DNA of 45,423 bases. Origin: a virus. A program made the position numbers and the translations under genes. Numbering within the stretch: position 1 is the stretch's first letter; the number at the start of each line of letters is the position of its first letter. Shown here in pieces: positions 6,081 through 12,481 of the stretch. The notes beneath the pieces were generated by a model. The model was not told where the DNA came from, searched no databases, and was given only the letters and a program-made list of their open reading frames with translations. The stretch covers positions 1 through 45,423 of IMG/VR virus record IMGVR_UViG_3300031578_000093. The stretch is one strand, 5' to 3'.

Positions 6081-6102
6081 CATCATCGTTAGTAGATAAG
6101 AA

Positions 6103-6145
6103 AATACCGGGAACGGACTAATAATCCGAACCCGGTATTTTTTTT
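6103..6145 (+). terminator. Rho-independent terminator, possibly weakly bidirectional
   Basis: aataccggg (6103..6111) pairs with cccggtatt (6131..6139), with an inner cgga/tccg stem, followed by T8 (6138..6145). The minus-strand side has only TTTT. Confidence 0.75.
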
Positions 6146-6147
6146 GT

Positions 6148-6315
6148 TTACTTGATTTTGCCTTTAATCCATTTACACTCTGTTTCCAGAATGGAAATAT
6201 AGACTATGGCAATCTCAAACTCGCTCATATTTGGAAGTGATTGCACAATTCCAATCATGATACGTTTGTGAGACTCAAGTCTCTCCAAAACCTGTGATAG
6301 TTCCAATTCTCTCAT
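6148..6315 (-). CDS. Hypothetical small protein, 55 aa (hand-translated)
   Basis: MRELELSQVLERLESHKRIMIG...; GAGGTG SD 5 nt upstream; last gene before the convergent terminator. Confidence 0.5.
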   Translation of the reverse strand: MRELELSQVLERLESHKRIMIGIVQSLPNMSEFEIAIVYISILETECKWIKGKIK

Positions 6316-6324
6316 AGTGTCACC

Positions 6325-6525
6325 TCATACAAAGAGTTTACAAGCGCCGTAAGACTTGACGATGTTGCAGTTATTCAAGTGATTGACATGGCTGACACGA
6401 TGCGCGTTTACCATTAGTCCACTGTGAGGTAAGAGAATACCTCGCAACGGAGCGGCACCACAATAGGGACAATGGCGCTTATCTCGGTGATAGTGAGCGG
6501 AACAGATTGCACACTGTTTGACCAT
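6325..6525 (-). CDS. Small zinc-ribbon protein, 66 aa from ATG 6525
   Basis: MVKQCAICSAHYHRDKRHCPYCG: two CxxC pairs. The start was chosen 4 nt after the stop of 6530..6724; the track gives a longer, overlapping start at 6660. Confidence 0.6.
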   Translation of the reverse strand: MVKQCAICSAHYHRDKRHCPYCGAAPLRGILLPHSGLMVNAHRVSHVNHLNNCNIVKSYGACKLFV

Positions 6526-6529
6526 TGTG

Positions 6530-6724
6530 TTATTCTCCATAATGACAGATAGCGGTGATACGCGACTGGAATTTGTCACGGTTGAAACGTGGGCTATCCA
6601 ATTCCATTTCAAGCGTAAGACGTTTTTGAAGGTCATAGATAGCATCGACGGCGTTCGCATTTGTAGATGCTAGCAGCGCGCCAGCGATACAGGCTGCAAT
6701 TCTCTCGTAATCTTTTCGTGTCAC
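6530..6724 (-). CDS. Hypothetical protein, 64 aa (GTG start)
   Basis: GTG preceded by a GGGAGGGG SD-like run; GC-richer codon composition like its island neighbours. Confidence 0.55.
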   Translation of the reverse strand: MTRKDYERIAACIAGALLASTNANAVDAIYDLQKRLTLEMELDSPRFNRDKFQSRITAICHYGE

Positions 6725-6852
6725 TTGTCACCCCTCCCAATCGATTCAAGATGCTGACGGATAGAGTGTAGCACGTTAGTCGTGCATAGCTTACACTTCA
6801 CTTGCACCTGCCTTGTGATTATAGACTCATTAGACTGCACCTTGAAACTCTG

Positions 6853-7014
6853 TTAGTTCTGTTTACACTTCAAACGTGTAAAGCCGTAAGGCAATTTACC
6901 TGCTTGCACGCCCAGAGTTACAGGTAGATTATCATATTCGATGGCCGACCGCAATTCTGCAATGGCCTGTTCTACCGCTCTCTTAGGACCGTCTAACACT
7001 AGAGTCTTTGTCAT
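6853..7014 (-). CDS. Hypothetical protein, 53 aa from ATG 7014 (the track start 7041 is TTG)
   Basis: First ORF downstream of the leftward promoter at 7096..7124. Confidence 0.5.
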   Translation of the reverse strand: MTKTLVLDGPKRAVEQAIAELRSAIEYDNLPVTLGVQAGKLPYGFTRLKCKQN

Positions 7015-7095
7015 TGTTGCACTTGTCCAATCCAGGTGCAATCTAATCAGTCTACAATCTATTTAGTTGTCAATGAACCCTGCGCGACTGGTAAC

Positions 7096-7124
7096 AATAT
7101 ACATCGTCACTAGTCGCTTGTCAA
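7096..7124 (-). promoter_or_regulatory. Sigma70-type promoter TTGACA-N17-TATATT for the leftward early genes
   Basis: -35 at 7124..7119 and -10 at 7101..7096 on the minus strand. Confidence 0.6.
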
Positions 7125-7126
7125 TA

Positions 7127-7159
7127 CCTTTGTAATATATATTACTTTGTATTACAAAG
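7127..7159. promoter_or_regulatory. AT-rich nested palindromes just upstream of the leftward promoter
   Basis: gtaatatatattac (7132..7145) and ctttgtattacaaag (7145..7159) are perfect palindromes; ctttgtaat 7127..7135 pairs with attacaaag 7151..7159. Confidence 0.5.
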
Positions 7160-7399
7160 TTTCATTCCATACTACTCTAATACTAATGATGATGCTGATG
7201 ATAATGATGGCATCACATCATCCACTACATCATCGGACCCCGTATGGGCATGTTGAAGGGTCCCATCTGAGGAAAACCGGAAGGGAACATTGTCCTCCAT
7301 CGATGGGTGATAGTTTTATTGATTCTAAATTACTACATCATAGAGTCTCATATCATATGGATGTTAGAAAAAATTTTGGAAAAATAATAATCTGAAGGG

Positions 7400-7419
7400 G
7401 TGTCCACTTTTGAGGACAC
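7400..7419. promoter_or_regulatory. Operator-like palindrome GTGTCC-N8-GGACAC (copy d)
   Basis: gtgtccacttttgaggacac, 38 nt upstream of the -35 at 7458; shares the aagggg(a)gtgtc left flank with copy b. Confidence 0.55.
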
Positions 7420-7457
7420 TTATGATAAGTCCTTTGGAATCAGTAGTTTAGTCCCTC

Positions 7458-7486
7458 TTGACAAGGGGGGAGAGATGACCTATACT
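7458..7486 (+). promoter_or_regulatory. Consensus sigma70 promoter TTGACA-N17-TATACT at the head of the rightward operon
   Basis: ttgaca 7458..7463, 17-nt spacer, tatact 7481..7486; same hexamers as the 5638 promoter. Confidence 0.7.
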
Positions 7487-7563
7487 TCTCTTAGGGTGTA
7501 GGGCTGCGCTCAATTATTATAAATCAGTCCATATGATAGGAATTATAGTTATGGTCAGGGATA

Positions 7564-8115
7564 ATGCCATTAGGTATAGTTCCGGATGAGATATTTGATA
7601 AAGAGATAGAACACGAGAAGGATGTAGTTAAGACTCCTATCGTTATTGATAAAGAGCACAGTGGTAGAAGGAATGGTGATAAGGCAGTTCCCCAAGAACT
7701 ACGTAAGTTATTAGGTGAAGAAGCTACAGTTAATGGTAGGAAGAGTGCAGTAGCATTAGGAGAATCATTTGGTGTAAGTCATGATTCAGTAGATGCATAC
7801 ACTAAAGGCGCTACATCATTAGCTACCTATCATAAGCCGCAAGAAGATTTAAAGTCCCATCTAGAAAAAGTTAAAGAACGAATCACTTCTAAAGCTAGTA
7901 GAACACTTCTCGGCGCACTTGATTCAATAACTTTAGATAAACTTGCGGGAGAAAAGCCTCGTGATGCCGCAGGCATCGCTAAGGATATGTCTGTCATCAT
8001 TCGTAATATGGAACCTGAAGCTGGAGAAAAGACACATATTGGTCCAAATTATGTATTCTATTCACCAGTGATGAAGAAAGAATCTGACTTTGAGATTATT
8101 GAGATAAAGGAATGA
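7564..8115 (+). CDS. Putative DNA-binding (HTH-like) protein, 183 aa; a regulator or small-terminase role is not resolved
   Basis: RKSAVALGESFGVSHDSVDAY looks like a helix-turn-helix; first gene after the 7458 promoter. Confidence 0.55.
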   Translation: MPLGIVPDEIFDKEIEHEKDVVKTPIVIDKEHSGRRNGDKAVPQELRKLLGEEATVNGRKSAVALGESFGVSHDSVDAYTKGATSLATYHKPQEDLKSHLEKVKERITSKASRTLLGALDSITLDKLAGEKPRDAAGIAKDMSVIIRNMEPEAGEKTHIGPNYVFYSPVMKKESDFEIIEIKE

Positions 8116-8258
8116 CCAAGAATCTACCCCAAATGTTAGAAGATGTTAGAACTGGTGATTGGCTACTGACAGATATCTATGGTGATGTTTATAGGATTAA
8201 GTTGATGGGTAAACGTGGTAATCCACTAGTGATAGTTATAGAGAAGAAGAAAAAGTAA
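8112..8258 (+). CDS. Small protein, 48 aa (hand-translated)
   Basis: ATGA overlap with the upstream stop and TAATG overlap with the downstream start. Confidence 0.45.
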   Translation: MTKNLPQMLEDVRTGDWLLTDIYGDVYRIKLMGKRGNPLVIVIEKKKK

Positions 8259-8590
8259 TGCTACGATTCACTGGACTACCAGGAACTTCTAATCCTTATG
8301 TAACTATTAATATATTTGATGATAAGACTATTCTCTTATTTAAAGAAGCTAATGAGTGGAGCCGTATTAATAAAATAACCGTTGATATTAATGCTATAGA
8401 TAATGGTAAGCATAGTGCAAATACTTTTCATGGTCATTCATTAGCATGGGATTTAGATACTGATAAAGATAATCCAATTGATTTAGTCTTATTAGGTAAG
8501 TATCTACAGATGCGGCTCCCACCACCTTATGAAATAGTTTTGGAAGATACTCATGTTCATATTGAATTTGATACACATAAAGGTAGATAA
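8258..8590 (+). CDS. LAS-type zinc peptidase (peptidase M15-like), candidate endolysin, 110 aa
   Basis: H-x6-D (HGHSLAWD) and HxH (HVH) motifs in the order typical of M15/LAS enzymes. Confidence 0.55.
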   Translation: MLRFTGLPGTSNPYVTINIFDDKTILLFKEANEWSRINKITVDINAIDNGKHSANTFHGHSLAWDLDTDKDNPIDLVLLGKYLQMRLPPPYEIVLEDTHVHIEFDTHKGR

Positions 8591-8806
8591 ATGATTGATT
8601 GGTCAATAACATTAGGATTGGCATGTGGATTAGGTCTACCAGGAATGTTAGGCTTATTCTTCTTAGTAAGAATGGAGAACCGTGTCACTACATTAGAGAG
8701 TGCGCGTGAGGATGATACTAAATGGAGAGTTCGCATTGATCTTAAATTAGATTCTATTGCACGAGATGTTAATAAGTTGATAGGTGCAAGTACTATCATA
8801 GAGTAG
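8591..8806 (+). CDS. Small membrane protein, holin-like, 71 aa
   Basis: N-terminal hydrophobic helix ITLGLACGLGLPGMLGLFFLV, then a charged tail; the start directly abuts the previous stop. Confidence 0.55.
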   Translation: MIDWSITLGLACGLGLPGMLGLFFLVRMENRVTTLESAREDDTKWRVRIDLKLDSIARDVNKLIGASTIIE

Positions 8807-8810
8807 ATAG

Positions 8811-9950
8811 ATGGATTATCAAGACACAATGAATTTTGGTCGAAAACTTAATGAGATATATCTATCTATAACTAGAAGTCCAATTCATATTGAACTAATC
8901 ACAGATTTATTCTGGAGATTTTATGAGGGGGGATATACAGTAGGTCAAGTAATTTCACATTGTAATCGACGTGCTAATGAGGATGTTGGTTGCCCAATAC
9001 CACCTGAACCAGAACCATTACCTTCATTACCGCGACTTAAAGTTTCTGGTAAGTTTTTCACTCTAGAAGATGGAACACCTTTTACGGTCATAGAAGCTAG
9101 TGACTTTAATGCTCTTGGAAGATTTGTTAATGGTGAGAATCTAGTAGATATTAGAGACCAGCGTAGATTATTAGGTTATAATTTTATTCGTGTCTTTACA
9201 GCATACTCTGTGAATGGAATTGGTAGGCTTATACCTAATGATATGATGTATCGAGCTATTCCAGAGTTCTTACAGTATTATGCAGAAGCTGGTATCTATG
9301 TTGAACTGGTAGCATTCACTGGGCCTTATACAGAATTATTTGCGAATCAAGAAGAGATGAAAGAACACTGGCGAAAGCTAGTGGACATTTGTGATAAAGA
9401 GAGTAATGTTCTACTTGAAAGAATTAATGAGCATGATAATAGTGCGAATCTTGGGTCACCAGATAATTTACCGCGTCCATTAGTAACTATTGCATCTAAT
9501 GGTTCAGCTTGTGCTGATGCGAGACCAAAACAACCAGCGTGGAATTATTGTTGTTACCACAGTAATAATTTAAATGAGTGGTGGCGTAAGGTTGGACATA
9601 ATGCTATGGAGTTCGCTAATATTTGTAATCATCCATGCCTATCTAATGAGAATACACGATTCCCTGACAGGGATAATAATGTAGTTCATGCATATGATGC
9701 TGCGCGTGGTGCAGCACTTTTATGTGCAGGTTCTTGTTTTCATAGCATTCATGGTAAGAGTTCAGAACTGTGGGATGGTAGGGAATTAGAATGTGCAATC
9801 GCTTGGGCAGAAGGTGCATTGTCAGTTCCATTAGAATTTCAGAGAGGTAATTATCATCACAGAACTGATCTTGAGTCACCGGGTATTCTCCGTGCTTATG
9901 ATAGACAACTATCAAATGGACGTAATTTTGTAGTTAAGATTCATGTGTAA
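8811..9950 (+). CDS. Putative glycoside hydrolase (TIM-barrel, GH5-like), 379 aa
   Basis: LLERINEHDN resembles the NE acid/base strand of clan GH-A enzymes; flanked by small membrane proteins. The family call is tentative. Confidence 0.5.
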   Translation: MDYQDTMNFGRKLNEIYLSITRSPIHIELITDLFWRFYEGGYTVGQVISHCNRRANEDVGCPIPPEPEPLPSLPRLKVSGKFFTLEDGTPFTVIEASDFNALGRFVNGENLVDIRDQRRLLGYNFIRVFTAYSVNGIGRLIPNDMMYRAIPEFLQYYAEAGIYVELVAFTGPYTELFANQEEMKEHWRKLVDICDKESNVLLERINEHDNSANLGSPDNLPRPLVTIASNGSACADARPKQPAWNYCCYHSNNLNEWWRKVGHNAMEFANICNHPCLSNENTRFPDRDNNVVHAYDAARGAALLCAGSCFHSIHGKSSELWDGRELECAIAWAEGALSVPLEFQRGNYHHRTDLESPGILRAYDRQLSNGRNFVVKIHV

Positions 9951-9963
9951 GAGGAGAAGCATC

Positions 9964-10131
9964 ATGTTAAAAGGTTACAAGACTTACATAGTTGCCATTC
10001 TTATTGCTATCGCTGGTGCGGCCTATTCATTAGGCTACATAGATGAAGCTACTTATCAGCTTATCCTGACTCTGTTAGGTGCTGGTGCTATCGGGACTAT
10101 GGCAGCTAAGGTTAACAGGATTAGTGAGTAA
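9964..10131 (+). CDS. Small two-TM membrane protein, 55 aa from ATG 9964
   Basis: GAGGAG SD upstream of ATG 9964 (the track start 9943 lacks an SD); IVAILIAIAGAAYSLGY and LILTLLGAGAIGTMAA helices. Confidence 0.55.
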   Translation: MLKGYKTYIVAILIAIAGAAYSLGYIDEATYQLILTLLGAGAIGTMAAKVNRISE

Positions 10132-10241
10132 TGTGGAATAAGATTAAGAAGATCTTGGGGCTTATTACAGATATTTTAACAGTAGGCCGAAGTAAGGGCT
10201 GGTGGGATAAGCCTAACACTGTTTCTAAGAAGGATAAGTAA
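10131..10241 (+). CDS. Possible small basic ORF, 36 aa (hand-translated)
   Basis: TAATG coupling to the upstream gene; stops 2 nt before the next ATG. Confidence 0.35.
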   Translation: MWNKIKKILGLITDILTVGRSKGWWDKPNTVSKKDK

Positions 10242-10243
10242 AA

Positions 10244-10585
10244 ATGACAGTTGTAGCTTCTACTAAAGGTGTAATTGCATCTCTTCTTAGTTTAGTAACT
10301 ACAGGCACAGGAACTGGTGTAGTTTTACCAATTAGCTCTAGTAATCCACGAGTTCATTTTCGTGGTGCTGGAACTATTACTAGTGGAACTGTATTACTTG
10401 AAGAGGCACAGTCTTATGATTATGCTGGAACATGGTCTCTTCTTTATACTCTAGATGCACTCACTTTAACAGGTGGTAAGGAACAAGTAGTTCATATATT
10501 AGGAACTATTGGTGCAATCCGCGCCCGTGTATCAGCTAATATAGTTGGTGGTGGAACTATTACTGCAGAATTAGTGAGTGACTAA
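10244..10585 (+). CDS. Hypothetical protein, 113 aa (Gly/Thr/Val-rich)
   Basis: ATG ORF in the rightward operon; overlaps the next gene by 8 nt. Confidence 0.6.
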   Translation: MTVVASTKGVIASLLSLVTTGTGTGVVLPISSSNPRVHFRGAGTITSGTVLLEEAQSYDYAGTWSLLYTLDALTLTGGKEQVVHILGTIGAIRARVSANIVGGGTITAELVSD

Positions 10586-10793
10586 TATGGACTATCAGAA
10601 ACTTATAGATGAAGCAAATGCACGTTCTGCTAAACTCTACTTGCATAGACAGCAATTACAGATGCAAGCACAGCAGATTCAGATGCAATCTACTCAGGTT
10701 GAAATGGATATGCTTAAGTTGGATGGTGAGATTGATTCTCTAAAGAATCTTCTGGTGATGGAGTCACAGAAGAAGGAAGAGAATAATGGCTAA
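10578..10793 (+). CDS. Coiled-coil protein, 71 aa
   Basis: Gln/Leu/Met heptad-like sequence LHRQQLQMQAQQIQMQSTQVEMDMLKL. Confidence 0.55.
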   Translation: MTNMDYQKLIDEANARSAKLYLHRQQLQMQAQQIQMQSTQVEMDMLKLDGEIDSLKNLLVMESQKKEENNG

Positions 10794-11586
10794 TAGTATA
10801 TTTCTTTTTCCTTTTATTGGTGACAAAGTTACTCCCGGTCCAATAACTATAGATGGACCATTAACTCTAATTAAGAATGCTATTGGTGTAACTTCTGCAC
10901 CAGTATTAAGTTTAGTTAATAATACTCCAGCAGCAGCAGGAGCGCAGCAGTATTCACCAGGATTATCTCAGATAGGACAGGGATGGAAAACCAATGCTAC
11001 TGCTGGTAGTCAACCTGTAGAAGTTAGATGGGAAATAAGACCTGTTCAGGGCGCGGCGGCGCCGACGTTCACCTATCACCTCATGGGGCGCGTGAATAAT
11101 GGGGCGTGGGACAATCTCCTTAGGATAGATAGTGTCGGGAATGCGACATACTACGGTTCCCTAATCGGCACGTCTAACGTGTTCACAGGCGCATCGGCCT
11201 ATTTCTCTTGGAATGGACGTAGTTTAGCTTTTTCTCCTGTTGACGGCGCCGTGTCATTTACGACATCGGACCCACTGGTTAGTGGTATTCGTCTCCAGTT
11301 TGCCGCCGCCCCCACCATCGCCAGCGGTTTTGGAACTACACCATCTATTACAGCAGATTCTACAGATACAGCAGGACAAGTTAATGTAGGAACTGGTGGA
11401 GCTGCTAGTGCAGGAATAATTAATTTTGCTACTACATGGGCTTCTGCACCATTCGTAGTTGCTATGAATGCTAGCACTGGATTAGTTCTTAAAGCTATAG
11501 CTACTACTACTCAATTAACTATTACTTCTTCGGCAGCATTTACGGCTGGTGACTTAATTAATTGGATTTGCATTGGAGCTAATTAA
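10786..11586 (+). CDS. Putative tail-fibre-like structural protein, 266 aa, with an internal GC-rich mosaic segment
   Basis: Gly/Ala/Thr/Ser-rich beta-type composition. 11047..11333 is visibly GC-richer than both flanks. Confidence 0.5.
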   Translation: MANSIFLFPFIGDKVTPGPITIDGPLTLIKNAIGVTSAPVLSLVNNTPAAAGAQQYSPGLSQIGQGWKTNATAGSQPVEVRWEIRPVQGAAAPTFTYHLMGRVNNGAWDNLLRIDSVGNATYYGSLIGTSNVFTGASAYFSWNGRSLAFSPVDGAVSFTTSDPLVSGIRLQFAAAPTIASGFGTTPSITADSTDTAGQVNVGTGGAASAGIINFATTWASAPFVVAMNASTGLVLKAIATTTQLTITSSAAFTAGDLINWICIGAN

Positions 11587-11880
11587 ATGGAAAAGGCAGT
11601 TTTAATAACTCCAATTGTTTCTTCATCGACTGTAACGAGTTATAGTATACTATCTGTAACTCCACAGTTTGGAGTCCAGGGATACCCTGATACTCTAGAT
11701 ATAGTATATATTGATAACTTAGGCAATGTAGCTGCTAAATCTTTTGATGGTGCAACTGCTGTGGGACTAAATAATGCATTTAACAATATGGATTTTAGAA
11801 CTAATTCATTAAGAAAGCAGTCGTTACAGTTCTTAATCTCGCAGGGTGTAATTCCACCTGCTACTATAGTAAACGAATAA
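11587..11880 (+). CDS. Hypothetical protein, 97 aa
   Basis: The start abuts the previous stop (taaATG). Confidence 0.6.
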   Translation: MEKAVLITPIVSSSTVTSYSILSVTPQFGVQGYPDTLDIVYIDNLGNVAAKSFDGATAVGLNNAFNNMDFRTNSLRKQSLQFLISQGVIPPATIVNE

Positions 11881-11889
11881 GGGAGATAA

Positions 11890-12111
11890 ATGATGACTGG
11901 CAACATTACAGTAACTGGTGTAACTGGTCCTGCTAAGACCATGACCGCAACTGTTTTTAACAATGCTGACCGTCTTGACATTCAGTTTGATAAGGCTGTG
12001 CTCTTTATCACTAAGGAAGATGGTAAGGTAGTTCCAGTTGACTTATCTTCTATCGCTACTGTTACTGTGACTATCGCTACTGGAGTAGCTACTATAGCTA
12101 TCTCTACTTAG
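11890..12111 (+). CDS. Hypothetical protein, 73 aa (Thr/Val-rich)
   Basis: ATG ORF with GGGAG SD-like upstream. Confidence 0.55.
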   Translation: MMTGNITVTGVTGPAKTMTATVFNNADRLDIQFDKAVLFITKEDGKVVPVDLSSIATVTVTIATGVATIAIST

Positions 12112-12118
12112 GTGTGAA

Positions 12119-12481
12119 ATGTTTTCTTCATTAGTTCTCTGCGTAGCACTAGCACAACCGCCACAGATAGAGACTAGGGTATTCAAGTTATCTATCAGTG
12201 CAACTGCTATTTTACAAGGTGCTGATATTGCAGAGACTATGTATCTATTAGGTAGATATCCAGGTGGGTTCCATGAGGGTAATCCACTCTTTCGACCATT
12301 AGTAACTAATCCTACTGGTATGGCAGTAGTTAAGATGGGAACTATGGTAGGAGTTGATTGGATGCTAATTAAATTACATAAGAAGCATCCAAAAGCAACT
12401 ATGTGGGTTTCATTAGCATGGACTGGTATATCTGCTTTTGCTGTGATTCATAATGCTAGGCTTCGTCATTCAGTAGAATAA
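12119..12481 (+). CDS. Membrane protein, 120 aa
   Basis: Several hydrophobic segments; EGNPLFRP motif as in the DUF5658-type family (resemblance by eye only). Confidence 0.5.
   Translation: MFSSLVLCVALAQPPQIETRVFKLSISATAILQGADIAETMYLLGRYPGGFHEGNPLFRPLVTNPTGMAVVKMGTMVGVDWMLIKLHKKHPKATMWVSLAWTGISAFAVIHNARLRHSVE

Noticed and set aside
5622-6086. Minus-strand 154-aa ORF mirroring orf124
   Set aside because: It has the Arg/Leu/Ser-rich composition typical of an antisense frame in GC-richer DNA. The plus-strand ORF has a consensus promoter, an SD and a terminator, and the minus ORF has none.
11047-11333. Diversity-generating retroelement variable region
   Set aside because: There is no reverse transcriptase ORF anywhere in the genome. 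I saw no second (template) copy of the patch.
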